Shown piece after piece: positions 1-9,781 of a stretch of 64,000 bases of DNA (positions are counted from its first letter, which is position 1; each line of letters begins with the position of its first letter). This DNA is from an uncultured bacterium. GTDB lineage: Bacteria > Omnitrophota > Gorgyraeia > Ghiorseimicrobiales > Ghiorseimicrobiaceae. The stretch is taken from positions 71,709 through 135,708 of the forward strand of contig CAJVXN010000001.1 in the NCBI GenBank assembly GCA_913009335.1. Reading direction: 5' to 3'. The position numbers were made by a program, and so were the translations under genes. The notes beneath the pieces were generated by a model. That model was not told the DNA's origin and ran no database searches. It saw nothing but the letters and a program-made list of their open reading frames with translations.

Positions 1-2
1 AT

Positions 3-1277
3 TACGCGTTAAAATCCGGAATATACCCCAGAAGAAAAAAGCTAAAAATCAGCAAAACGAAAATAGCAATAATCGGATCCGGGCCGGCAGGGCTAACAGC
101 AGGCTACATGCTTGCCAATAAAAAATATGATGTTACGATTTTCGAAGCTCTGGATGTTGCCGGCGGAGCACTAGCTGTCTCTATACCGGAATACAGGCTA
201 CCGAAGAATATACTCAAAATCGATATAAAAAATATTACGAATGCCGGCGTAAAAATTAAAACTAAAAACAGAATCGGCAAAGACATATCTTTTAATAGCC
301 TTGTAAATAACTACAGTGCCGTATTTATCGCAACTGGCGCGCATAACTCACGCAGGCTTCATATTCCGGGAGAAAACAGTAACGGAGTTATCAAAGCTAT
401 GAAATTCCTAAAAGATATATGCCTTAATAAAAAAATAAAAATAGGTAAAACAGTCGGCATTATTGGCGGAGGCAATGCTGCCGTAGATGCAGCAAGAACG
501 GCGATTAGGCTTAAAAATTGTGATAAAGTTATTATAATCTATAGGAGGACAGAAGCGGAAATGCCCGCGTTTAAAGAAGAAATAGACGCCGCAATCCAAG
601 AAGGCATTAAGATTCAATACTTGAGTGCCCCGACTAAAATAATAACTAAAAATAAAAATATATTAGGTGTTGAGTGCGTCAAAATAAAATTAGGCCAAGT
701 TGACGAAAGCGGCAGAAGAAAACCTATTCCTATTAAAGATACAGAATTTTTTATTAAACTAGATACGTTGATCGTAGCGGTCGGGGAAAAACCCGATCTT
801 TCTTTTCTTGGCAAGAAACAACTCGTAAAAACTTCCAAAGCAAACACGATAGTCGCATGCCCACAGACACTAGCTACAAATCTAAATAATGTTTTTGCCG
901 GAGGAGATGTTGTTACGGGCCCTAATACCGTGATAGATGCCGTCTCAGCCGGTAAAATCGCCGCAGAAATGATAGATAAGTACATCCAAGGAAAAAAAAT
1001 AACCAGGAATTACAAACTAAGCAGGCCATCTATGTATGTAAAACCAATAGAACTAACAGAGCAGGAAATTAAAGAAGCGCAAAAACCTGAAATACCATCC
1101 ATGGATGCCAGTAAAAGAATAAACAATTTTAATGAAGTAAACTTAAATATAACAAATAAGATGGCAATAAAAGAAGCCAGGCGCTGTCTACGCTGTGATT
1201 TAGAAACCGAAGATGCAAAAAAAATAATTAAAACTTTAGAACAAAAACACACCAAAAAGAAAAAACGTAATGGATAA
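3..1277 (+). CDS. GltD-family NAD(P)H-dependent FAD/pyridine-nucleotide oxidoreductase subunit (formate-dehydrogenase-associated, SfrB/FdhB-like); 5'-partial, frame open to window edge
   Basis: ORF track gives 108..1277, but the same frame has no stop back to nt 3 and translates KIAIIGSGPAGLTAGYMLANKK, a Rossmann GxGxxG FAD-binding motif. A second dinucleotide motif is present (VGIIGGGNAAVDAAR) together with FAGGDVVTGPNTVIDAVSAGK. A 4-nt shared with the downstream molybdopterin oxidoreductase gene suggests translational coupling. Confidence 0.75.
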   Translation, partial: YALKSGIYPRRKKLKISKTKIAIIGSGPAGLTAGYMLANKKYDVTIFEALDVAGGALAVSIPEYRLPKNILKIDIKNITNAGVKIKTKNRIGKDISFNSLVNNYSAVFIATGAHNSRRLHIPGENSNGVIKAMKFLKDICLNKKIKIGKTVGIIGGGNAAVDAARTAIRLKNCDKVIIIYRRTEAEMPAFKEEIDAAIQEGIKIQYLSAPTKIITKNKNILGVECVKIKLGQVDESGRRKPIPIKDTEFFIKLDTLIVAVGEKPDLSFLGKKQLVKTSKANTIVACPQTLATNLNNVFAGGDVVTGPNTVIDAVSAGKIAAEMIDKYIQGKKITRNYKLSRPSMYVKPIELTEQEIKEAQKPEIPSMDASKRINNFNEVNLNITNKMAIKEARRCLRCDLETEDAKKIIKTLEQKHTKKKKRNG

Positions 1278-3945
1278 AATTACACTTACAATCAACGCAA
1301 TCCCGATAAAGGCCGATAGGAATATAAGCGTATTACAGGCAGCGCTAAAAAATAATATTTACATCCCTCATCTTTGCTATAATCCCGATTTGAAAGTAGC
1401 CGGCGTGTGCCGGTTATGTATAGTTGAGGTCAAAGACCGGAAGCTGACTACCTCATGTAATCTAAAAGTCGAAGAAGGCCTTATTATTACAACAGACAGC
1501 CCGCAGATTAAACAATTACGCCGTGTTATCATAGAATTACTTATTACAAACTATCAAGGAAACTACCCTAAGCTTAGTGAAACTGATGATTCCCAACTTC
1601 GAAAAGTCGCCGCTTATGTTGAAATAAAACCCAATCGATTAAGAAGATTAAGGGGACCTACTAAAATAATTCCTATTGATAAATCAAATCCATTCTTTAG
1701 GCGAGACCATAATAAATGCGTACTCTGTGGCATATGCGTTAGAACCTGCCGGGAGCTTCAAAAGGTAAGTTGTATCGATTTCGCATTCCGAGGATATGAT
1801 ACTAAAGTCAGCACATTCGCGAATAAGCCCATAGCAGAATCTAATTGCGAATCTTGCGGAGAATGCGTCATGCGATGCCCAACAGGAGCACTATCACCCA
1901 AAAAATTACAGACGGCATCACGTAAAACTAAAACCATTTGCTCTTATTGTGGGGTTGGATGCGGTATGTATCTAGGAGTTAAAGGTAAAAAAATCGTCAG
2001 TGTAATCGGTGATAAAGATAATCCTGTAAATCACGGCAGTCTATGCGTAAAGGGGCGCTTTGGTTACGATTTTATTAACCACCCAGAGCGTTTAACCTCT
2101 CCCCTAATTAAGAAAAACGGAAAATTCATCAGGTCTAGCTGGGAAGAAGCATTAAAAGTTATTACGAAAAAATTCTCCATCTACCGGGGAGATAAATTTG
2201 CTACCCTATCTTCCGCTAAATGCACCAATGAAGAAAATTATCTCATTCAGAAGTTTACCAGAGCAGTAATGGGCTCAAACCATATAGACCACTGCGCCCG
2301 ACTCTGCCATGCGCCTACGGTCGCGGGTCTTACTCAAAGCTTCGGTAGTGGCGCTATGACAAACTCAATTAACGAAATCGGTAAAGCTGACTGTATCTTA
2401 GCTATAGGCACTAATACCACATCGGCTCATCCCATAATCAGCCTCCAGATAAAAAATGCGGCAGAAAACGGGGCAAAAATTATTATAGCTAATCCCAAAG
2501 AAATTGATCTGTGCTCCTTCGCCGATATTTTCCTGCAGCATAAGCCCGGCAGTGACGTAGCATTACTTATGGGCATGATGCGCGTTATAGTCGAAGAAAA
2601 ACTTTATGATGCAACATTCATAAAAAACCACTGTGAAAATTTTGAAAGTTTTAAAAAATCACTGGGTAATTTTAACCAAGATTTTGTTGAACGTACCACA
2701 GGTGTGGCTTTTCGCGATATAGCAAAAGCTGCCCGTCTTTATGCGAAATATAAACCATCAACTATTCTCTTTGCCATGGGAATTACACAGCACTCACACG
2801 GCACAGATAACGTATTGGCCACCAGCAATCTAGCAATGCTTACCGATAATATTGGCAAGCCATCAACAGGCGTTAATCCATTGCGTGGACAGAATAACGT
2901 TCAAGGGGCATGCGATATGGGAGCCTTGCCTAACGTCTACTCCGGATATCAAAAAGTAAACATGCCGAATATAAGAAAAAAATTTGAATTAGCATGGAAA
3001 TGCAAACTACCCTCATCCCCCGGACTAACTCACGTTGAAATATTTGAAGCTATATACAATAAAAAAATTAAGGCTCTTTATTTAGTTGGCGAAAACCCTA
3101 TTATAAGTGAAGCCAATTCCAATCATGTTAAAAATGCTATAAAAAAAATAGATTTTTTCGTGGTCCAGGATATATTTCTAACAGAAACAGCAAAATTAGC
3201 CGACGTAGTTCTGCCTGCTGCCAGCTTCGCGGAGAAAAATGGCACATTCACCAATACCGAACGCCGCGTACAACGTGTACAAAAAGCAATCGAACCTATA
3301 GGCAAGGCAAAACCGGATTGGCAAATAACATGTGCAATTGCCAAAAAAATGAAGGCCAAAGGTTTTGACTTTTCAAACCCCAAACAAATAATGAAAGAAA
3401 TCGCAAGCCTTACACCAAGCTACAAAGGCATAACCTACGAGCGGCTAGAAAATAGTGGTTTACAGTGGCCCTGTCTAAATAAAAAACATCCCGGCACGCC
3501 TATTTTACATGTTGAACGCTTTGCCACTCCAAATGGAAAAGGTAAATTTATGCCATTAGAATATAAACCACCTGCTGAAGTCCCTGATAGTAAATATCCT
3601 TTCATTTTCACTACCGATCGCAGCCTCTTTCACTTCCACACAAGCACTATGTCGCGCAGAGTAGAAGGCCTTGATATATTGAACGGGGAAGAATTCCTTA
3701 ATATTAATCCAAAAGATGCTGCCGGAATAGGAATTACCGATGGCGAGATGGTAAAAGTCTGCTCCCGCCGCGGAAGAATCAAGGTTAGAGCAAAATTAAC
3801 AGATATCTGCCCACAAGGAGTAGCTTCAATGACGTTTCATTTTGCTGAAACCCCAACGAATGTCCTTACCAATTCAGTCCTTGACCCTGTAGCAAAAATC
3901 CCCGAAACAAAAGTATGCGCCGTACAAATAAAAAAAATAAAATAG
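1270..3945 (+). CDS. fdhA: Molybdopterin formate dehydrogenase catalytic (alpha) subunit with NuoG-like N-terminus (2Fe-2S, 4Fe-4S clusters); Cys-type (no Sec)
   Basis: 891 aa. N-terminal 2Fe-2S ferredoxin-like cysteines (CYNPDLKVAGVCRLC). 4Fe-4S motifs CVLCGICVRTC and CESCGECVMRCP. MopB Fe4S4 motif CSYCGVGCGM. Active-site region HIDHCARLCHAPTVAGL carries Cys where E. coli FdhF has Sec. C-terminal molybdopterin dinucleotide-binding domain. Confidence 0.85.
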   Translation: MDKITLTINAIPIKADRNISVLQAALKNNIYIPHLCYNPDLKVAGVCRLCIVEVKDRKLTTSCNLKVEEGLIITTDSPQIKQLRRVIIELLITNYQGNYPKLSETDDSQLRKVAAYVEIKPNRLRRLRGPTKIIPIDKSNPFFRRDHNKCVLCGICVRTCRELQKVSCIDFAFRGYDTKVSTFANKPIAESNCESCGECVMRCPTGALSPKKLQTASRKTKTICSYCGVGCGMYLGVKGKKIVSVIGDKDNPVNHGSLCVKGRFGYDFINHPERLTSPLIKKNGKFIRSSWEEALKVITKKFSIYRGDKFATLSSAKCTNEENYLIQKFTRAVMGSNHIDHCARLCHAPTVAGLTQSFGSGAMTNSINEIGKADCILAIGTNTTSAHPIISLQIKNAAENGAKIIIANPKEIDLCSFADIFLQHKPGSDVALLMGMMRVIVEEKLYDATFIKNHCENFESFKKSLGNFNQDFVERTTGVAFRDIAKAARLYAKYKPSTILFAMGITQHSHGTDNVLATSNLAMLTDNIGKPSTGVNPLRGQNNVQGACDMGALPNVYSGYQKVNMPNIRKKFELAWKCKLPSSPGLTHVEIFEAIYNKKIKALYLVGENPIISEANSNHVKNAIKKIDFFVVQDIFLTETAKLADVVLPAASFAEKNGTFTNTERRVQRVQKAIEPIGKAKPDWQITCAIAKKMKAKGFDFSNPKQIMKEIASLTPSYKGITYERLENSGLQWPCLNKKHPGTPILHVERFATPNGKGKFMPLEYKPPAEVPDSKYPFIFTTDRSLFHFHTSTMSRRVEGLDILNGEEFLNINPKDAAGIGITDGEMVKVCSRRGRIKVRAKLTDICPQGVASMTFHFAETPTNVLTNSVLDPVAKIPETKVCAVQIKKIK

Positions 3946-4105
3946 ATAGAAAATTTTGAATCCTAAACTATCTAGCCGTACAAAATGGCCCCTTCATTAC
4001 ATCTTTCATTCGCAATTGTATCACTAGTTTTTCGCGGGAAACGCGCTACGTACTTGCCTCAAAATAGAACCGCCCCCTTAAATTAAAAAATAGGTATGAC
4101 TTTTT

Positions 4106-6211
4106 TTAGTTTATCAAAATTTTATATACCTGGCCATCAGTGAAAAACGGATCTCCTGTGAAATTCCGTCCAAAGATTGGCTCAACGAATTTTTGTTTTT
4201 TAAAATCTGTGAAAACATTGGCCTTCTTCATATCATTAAAAAGAAATTCTCGCTCAGTGTCTATGTCCGGTCTTATCTTATGAGTAACTCCCCACTTTAT
4301 ATTGGTGTCTAAACTTACCGTTCCGATATAAATTTGTTTTCCGTCTTCGGTCATATAATTTGTTTTCCAAAATCTTGCATGGTGACGTTCGCGAACATTA
4401 TCTGATTTTGTAGGTTTTTCAAAACCAAAGTCATGTATCTGCTTGTTCCAAAATGACGGCGTCATGGGCGCTTGAGGATATGCTTGTTTTAAGAAAGCCG
4501 CTTTCGCCGTTCTCAACAGTGAAGAAATATTTATCTTATCCGCCAAGAACCAGCCGGAACTTACAAGAGATTTTATGAGTTCCCCATCATTCTTTGTAAG
4601 AATTATAAAACTAAAAGGTTCTTGTCTTTCTCCGGTTAGTGTTTCCGTATATTTTAATTGTTCATCTGAAAAAATATCATTTACATTTTGCACAACGGCC
4701 TCTTTTTGTAAAATTAAAGGTTGATAAACTTGCGGATGATAATTAACAGCAAACATAACAAAAAACACAAGTGAAGCAAAAATCAAAATTGTTGAAATAA
4801 TCCGCGTTTTTATTTGCGGTGAAAATGGGGTACCGTTTTTCTTTATCGAAAACATCCATTCTGAAATACTGATACTTATGATGAGCCATAATGCGCCAAC
4901 CAAATAACCGCCCCATATATCACTTACATAATGAACGCCGAGATACAGGCGGCTAAAGCCGATAACTAATATAAGCGCGATACCAGCAAAAAATAAGTTT
5001 ATTTTTGTTTTCCATCGCTTCGCACCGCGAACAAGCACATATATCAAAAACCCGTAAAAGGCGACCGCTATTGTGGCATGCCCGCTTGGAAAAGAAAAAG
5101 AATGTTCCGCGTAAACTGCCAATTCCGGCCGCGGACGATGAAAAGCAATTTTCCCTAATTTTGTAAAAACTTCACTGCCTATAATAGAAAGAAGTAGTGG
5201 CGCAATATATAATCGTTTACGCCATAGCCATAAAATACCAACAGTTGCAAAAGTAAAACCCAAGACAACTTGCCATTTACCGAGTAATGTAATCCAAAGG
5301 GAAAATTTTGTTATTTCAACACTTCTAAATACAGCAAGTAAATTAGCAATGCGAGTATCCACGGAAACAATAACATCTGCCGTGATGATATCTTCAATAA
5401 TTCCGATAAAAAGAGAAACGGTGTAGATAAACGCAAACAGTAGAAGTGTTGCCGGCAAACCAAAAAATTTACTTTTATCCAACCGTCCTTTTATAAATTT
5501 AAAAAATAAAGCATGTTTCTTTGCCAGTTTTCTAACATCGGGGTTATCTATAATTGCTTGTTTTATTGAATGACATATGGAAATTAAAAAGGAAAAAATT
5601 TGCTTGCCCCTTTTAACTATAATCCACTTAAATATATAAAGAATAAAAATAAAACCAACAAAGGCCGATATAAATACACTTCCCCTTGTTGACCACAAAG
5701 CAACCGCTTCCCATGCTTGCCCAAAGAAAAATCCGATCAGTAAAAAAGTAGTTGCCCAGGCAAAACCGCTAAGGATATTCCATAAAAGAAATCTTTTTCT
5801 GTCCATCTTAAACATTCCGGCAACAAAAGGAATAATTGGCCGTATGGGCCCTACAAATCTACCTAAAAAAATACTCCTCCCGCCATATTTACTAAAAAAA
5901 GATTTTCCTCTATCTAAGTATTTTGATTTGAAAATTCTACTGTCATATCTGAAGATTTTTTTTACATGGCCACCTAGATAATAACTCAAGAGGTCACCAG
6001 CGATTGCGCCAATCGCGGCAAACCAAATTGCATCTCCCAAATCCAAAAATCCTTTTGCTGAAATAAAACCTACTAAGATAACAAAAAACGTGCCGGGGAT
6101 TATAATACCGACAAATGCTAGTGATTCTAAAAAGGATACAAGCAAAACTAGCCAGTATCCTAAAAGGCAAAAATGTTCAATCGTCGGCAATAGGGAAATT
6201 AAAAAATCCAT
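4106..6211 (-). CDS. DedA/VTT-domain - PAP2 phosphatase fusion membrane protein with extra ~240-aa C-terminal domain
   Basis: 701 aa. N-terminal DedA-like multi-TM region (GIIIPGTFFVILVGF...). Central PAP2 motifs KIAFHRPRP, PSGHA and SRLYLGVHYVSDI. C-terminal soluble region without a recognisable motif. Confidence 0.75.
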   Translation of the reverse strand: MDFLISLLPTIEHFCLLGYWLVLLVSFLESLAFVGIIIPGTFFVILVGFISAKGFLDLGDAIWFAAIGAIAGDLLSYYLGGHVKKIFRYDSRIFKSKYLDRGKSFFSKYGGRSIFLGRFVGPIRPIIPFVAGMFKMDRKRFLLWNILSGFAWATTFLLIGFFFGQAWEAVALWSTRGSVFISAFVGFIFILYIFKWIIVKRGKQIFSFLISICHSIKQAIIDNPDVRKLAKKHALFFKFIKGRLDKSKFFGLPATLLLFAFIYTVSLFIGIIEDIITADVIVSVDTRIANLLAVFRSVEITKFSLWITLLGKWQVVLGFTFATVGILWLWRKRLYIAPLLLSIIGSEVFTKLGKIAFHRPRPELAVYAEHSFSFPSGHATIAVAFYGFLIYVLVRGAKRWKTKINLFFAGIALILVIGFSRLYLGVHYVSDIWGGYLVGALWLIISISISEWMFSIKKNGTPFSPQIKTRIISTILIFASLVFFVMFAVNYHPQVYQPLILQKEAVVQNVNDIFSDEQLKYTETLTGERQEPFSFIILTKNDGELIKSLVSSGWFLADKINISSLLRTAKAAFLKQAYPQAPMTPSFWNKQIHDFGFEKPTKSDNVRERHHARFWKTNYMTEDGKQIYIGTVSLDTNIKWGVTHKIRPDIDTEREFLFNDMKKANVFTDFKKQKFVEPIFGRNFTGDPFFTDGQVYKILIN

Positions 6212-6512
6212 AATTATTCCTTCATTAAATTTTTTCGCCGGAGAAAGCCTTTCATTTAGTCGTCAAAACGCAGGGCTTTTTTGACTGACGAATAGGCTAG
6301 GAGCATATTAAGCATAATTCCACAGCTATCATATTATCAGTATATTATAACTTAACTTCTTTATTGTCAACTAAATAACGATTCTACCTGTTGTGCAACT
6401 TTTCCCTCTATTACGACTGCCTTTCGCTTTAGATGGTCGTAAAATGGTTAGAATAGTATTATTTATCTATTTTTTATTGCACGCTTTAATTTCTTTGATA
6501 TATTTTCCGGGC

Positions 6513-6713
6513 GAGATGGTAAAAGTCTGCTCGCGCCGTGGAAGAATCAAGGTTAGAGCAAAATTAACAGATATCTGCCTGCAAGGAGTAACTTCAATGA
6601 CATTTCATTTTGCTGAAACCCCAACAAATGTCCTTACAAATTCTGTTCTTGACCCTGTAGCAAAAATCCCCGAAACAAAAGTCTGTACCGTGCAAATAAA
6701 AAAATTTAAATAA
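6513..6713 (+). pseudogene. Duplicated 3'-terminal fragment of fdhA (last ~67 codons), gene remnant
   Basis: nt 6513-6713 align with fdhA 3743-3945 at about 90% identity. Translation GEMVKVCSRRGRIKVRAKLTDICLQGVTSMTFHFAETPTNVLTNSVLDPVAKIPETKVCTVQIKKFK matches the FdhA C-terminus, which reads ...ICPQGVASMTF...VCAVQIKKIK. The upstream part of the 106-aa ORF (6393..) has no similarity. Confidence 0.7.
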
Positions 6714-6752
6714 ATAATAATCTATGTCTAAAATAATACGGTGAGCGACTGC

Positions 6753-7118
6753 CTAAATACTAATTACGGCTATTTTTAGGGTAGTATGAATGAGGTTCTG
6801 CCATGGCCAAAACATTGCTATTAAAGTAGTATTTTGAAAATCTTTTCTAAATAATGTTTGATTATCGCAAATACCGCCATAGTCTTTTGTCAGGCAAATA
6901 TCTTCCTTGGTAGGCTTTGCTTTTGGATACTTTACCGCCTTGCCTAAAATATTTGTTAATATTTTTTCCCACGCGGCTATTTCTTTACTATAGAATACTA
7001 GTTCACAATAGTTATCATCAGTGATACGTCTTTGATAAACAGTAAGTGAGTCACATTTTTTGACAATCTCCCTTATTACACTATCTGCGTGTTTTATATC
7101 AGGATTAGCTGTTTTCAA
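6753..7118 (-). CDS. Hypothetical protein (121 aa), downstream of REC gene
   Basis: ORF only; no recognisable motif. Confidence 0.35.
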   Translation of the reverse strand: MKTANPDIKHADSVIREIVKKCDSLTVYQRRITDDNYCELVFYSKEIAAWEKILTNILGKAVKYPKAKPTKEDICLTKDYGGICDNQTLFRKDFQNTTLIAMFWPWQNLIHTTLKIAVISI

Positions 7119-7191
7119 AAATTTAACCCTCCTCTGTTTAAGGAAAATTATCCGCTTCTTATTTTTTAATTTACCTCAATTAGAAATTTTA

Positions 7192-7578
7192 CTATTTAAA
7201 CCTTAACGCCTTTTCTATCTTATTAATTAAAGAATCTACATCAATAGGCTTGACTAAATAATCAACAACTCCTAACTTATAAGCTTTTAATTTATCCGTA
7301 TCTTTATCTAAAGCAGAAAGAATAATAATAGGGACAGTCTTGCTAACAGAGTCCTGGTTTAACATCTCGCACACATCAAGCCCTCCTATTCCGGGCATAA
7401 GGATATCCAGTAAAATAACTTCCGGCTTAAAACTGTGCACATCGTTAATGATATTCTTCGCGTTAGATAAAGCCAGGACTTCGTATTTTTCCGTAAAATC
7501 AAGGTTCATTTTTGTAATTTTACGAAAATCGTCTTCGTCATCGATTATCATTATCCTTCGTTTCTGCATTTCGGCCAC
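7192..7578 (-). CDS. Single-domain response regulator (CheY-like REC)
   Basis: IMIIDDEDDFRK...ILLDILMPGIGGLDVCEMLNQ...IIILSALDKD...YLVKP: receiver-domain acid pocket, phospho-Asp, T/S and K positions. Overlaps the upstream kinase by 41 nt. Confidence 0.85.
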   Translation of the reverse strand: MAEMQKRRIMIIDDEDDFRKITKMNLDFTEKYEVLALSNAKNIINDVHSFKPEVILLDILMPGIGGLDVCEMLNQDSVSKTVPIIILSALDKDTDKLKAYKLGVVDYLVKPIDVDSLINKIEKALRFK

Positions 7579-9766
7579 CTCCTGTAGTTTTAAAAAATAT
7601 GCTTACTTTCGTACCTATGTCTTTTTTGCTTTCTATCTCGATAATTCCGTTATGCATATCCATTATATTCTTAGTAACTGCCAAACCTAAACCGACTCCT
7701 TCACGAGGGCCTTTTGTAGTGAAAAACGCGTCGAACACCCTGGCAATATTTTCCTTTGATATACCCACACCCGTATCAACAACTTCGACAATTATAACTT
7801 TTTCCCCCGGCCTAAATTTATCATTTACTCTTCTACCCATATCCTTATCGCCAAACGCTAGCTTCTTCGAATACGTACGGATAAATACGGACCCGCTATC
7901 ACCTAAAGACTGAAAGGCATTAATGAATATATTGATAAATACCTGTTCTATCTTTCTTCTGTCTATTAAAATACGGGGTAAATTATCCGGCATATCTTTA
8001 TTGATAGTAAACTCTTTATCTTTAAACCGTTGTGTAGATAAAAGCAAAGATTCCTCTATTACGGACTTTATATCTTCCGGCGTACGGTTCACCGGGGACT
8101 GGCGTGAAAAATCAACCAAGGACCGCACTATGTCATCGGCCCTTTTAATATTGCGCTTCATCATAAGAAGAATCTCTGATCTTTCCTTATTAACGGAAAG
8201 ATTCTTTTCTAAATAATTAACATTTTGAAGTAATATTCCCAAAGGATTCTTAACTTCATGGGCCACTCCGCTTGCCAGCTGCCCTATAGCTTTTAGCTTT
8301 TCTGATTGGATAAGCTGAAATTGAGTGCTCTTTAATTCTTTGTTTACTTTGATTAATTCCTTATGTGTCCGGTCCGCATCTTCAAAGATATTTAATACAG
8401 CTTGCCTTTGTTTTTCTGATTCATCCATACTCTTTTTTAAATCTACGGTTCTCTCCTCTACCCGCTTCTCCAGCATTTGGCTATACTCTTCAATATTCTG
8501 CTTGGCTGCTTTTAACTCTTCAACCATCTTTATCTTTTGTGTAACATCTCTGGTTATATGGATAAACTGGGTTAGCTCTCCTTTTTCATTTCTTAAAGGA
8601 TAGACGCTTATCTCGGCATAGAATTTGTTGCCTTCTTTGTCAAAATGGGTATGCATTATGGAAACTGGTTTTCCTGTTTTTAGGGCCCCGATGACAGGAC
8701 AGGTATCAGATTTACAGGGTTCATCAAGGTGGTGGGTAACCTTATAGCAGGAGTTGCCCACCACCTCTTCCTCTCTAAGGCCGTTGAGCTCTAATATTTT
8801 CTTATTTGCCCAGAGTATCTTAAAATCTCTATCTATAAGCATTATCCCTTCATCAATACCCTCGGTTATTCTTTCGGTTAGCTCCTTTGCCTCCTCTAAA
8901 TCCTCTGTCCTCTGTTTAACCCTATCCTCTAACTCCGCGTTTGCCTGTTCTAATTTTCTCCGAGAGATCTTTAAATCTTGAGTCATTTTGTTGAAAGATT
9001 TAGCCAGCTGGCCTATTTCGTCATCTGATTTCTCCTCTATCACTACAGACAAATCTCCATATTTTGCTATAGCCCGGGTTACCTGCGATAATTCTAAGAC
9101 AGGTTTTACTACCATACGGCGCAAAAAAAACCAAACCGCCGCTAAACTAAATATGACCCCCAAAGTAAACAATAAAATAAGATAAATTATCCTTTTTTTG
9201 ATAAGGCTGTAGTCTGATTCTACAGAGATAACCGACGAAACGGCGGCCATGGTTTTACCTAATTCTATCTTGTGACAGGAAAGACAACTTTCTCGCGCCT
9301 TAACCGGAGTAATATATCTTATCACCCGTAAATCTTTACCCTTTATATTTACAGTCGTCTCACTCTGGAAAGGTTCTCCGGAAAGAGCCCTTTTTTCTAT
9401 CTCATCCCGGGGAAATTCCACTTCACGAGAACTATATAGCCTGGCTATCTCCGGATCTTTAAATGTCCGCGTTATATCCGGAGAATTAATTAGCCTAATA
9501 TCCAAAACATTGCTTCCACTATCCTTTTCTTTTATTCTTATTTCCTCTATTATGCTATATATCGCTTCAGGATCCGAAATACCCAAAGCCATAACCGCTA
9601 CCAATGAATCAAACAATCTCCTATTTATGCCTTCTGCCTCAGAGTATGTTTTCTCTAATAAAATATTTATCTCTGACTTAGCAATATATCCTAAGATCAC
9701 AGTCAGGCTAACAAGAAGAACAAAACCAATTATAGAAACTATTTTTGTGGATAATTTAAATTGCAT
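7538..9766 (-). CDS. Sensor histidine kinase with periplasmic CXXCH (heme c) sensor domain, HAMP, Cys-rich PAS, HisKA and HATPase_c
   Basis: 742 aa. TM1 near residues 9-28 and TM2 near IIYLILLFTLGVIFSLAAVWFFL. The periplasmic segment contains RESCLSCHKIELGK. The PAS region contains CYKVTHHLDEPCKSDTCPV. HisKA motif ASGVAHEVKNPLG. G-box GVGLGLAVTKNIMDMHNG. Confidence 0.85.
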   Translation of the reverse strand: MQFKLSTKIVSIIGFVLLVSLTVILGYIAKSEINILLEKTYSEAEGINRRLFDSLVAVMALGISDPEAIYSIIEEIRIKEKDSGSNVLDIRLINSPDITRTFKDPEIARLYSSREVEFPRDEIEKRALSGEPFQSETTVNIKGKDLRVIRYITPVKARESCLSCHKIELGKTMAAVSSVISVESDYSLIKKRIIYLILLFTLGVIFSLAAVWFFLRRMVVKPVLELSQVTRAIAKYGDLSVVIEEKSDDEIGQLAKSFNKMTQDLKISRRKLEQANAELEDRVKQRTEDLEEAKELTERITEGIDEGIMLIDRDFKILWANKKILELNGLREEEVVGNSCYKVTHHLDEPCKSDTCPVIGALKTGKPVSIMHTHFDKEGNKFYAEISVYPLRNEKGELTQFIHITRDVTQKIKMVEELKAAKQNIEEYSQMLEKRVEERTVDLKKSMDESEKQRQAVLNIFEDADRTHKELIKVNKELKSTQFQLIQSEKLKAIGQLASGVAHEVKNPLGILLQNVNYLEKNLSVNKERSEILLMMKRNIKRADDIVRSLVDFSRQSPVNRTPEDIKSVIEESLLLSTQRFKDKEFTINKDMPDNLPRILIDRRKIEQVFINIFINAFQSLGDSGSVFIRTYSKKLAFGDKDMGRRVNDKFRPGEKVIIVEVVDTGVGISKENIARVFDAFFTTKGPREGVGLGLAVTKNIMDMHNGIIEIESKKDIGTKVSIFFKTTGGGRNAETKDNDNR

Positions 9767-9781
9767 TGTTTTACTCTATAA

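Noticed and set aside
108-1277. ATG at 108 as the start of the first gene
   Set aside because: The frame is open to nt 3 and encodes the N-terminal Rossmann GxGxxG motif upstream of 108, so the gene is 5'-truncated by the window edge.
6090-6284. Small plus-strand ORFs overlapping or antisense to annotated genes (6090..6284, 7340..7690, 7599..7913, 8325..8603, 9510..10052, 12078..12395, 13182..13514, 25391..25843, 27574..28086 etc.)
   Set aside because: These are low-complexity translations fully embedded antisense in well-supported minus-strand genes, with no motifs.
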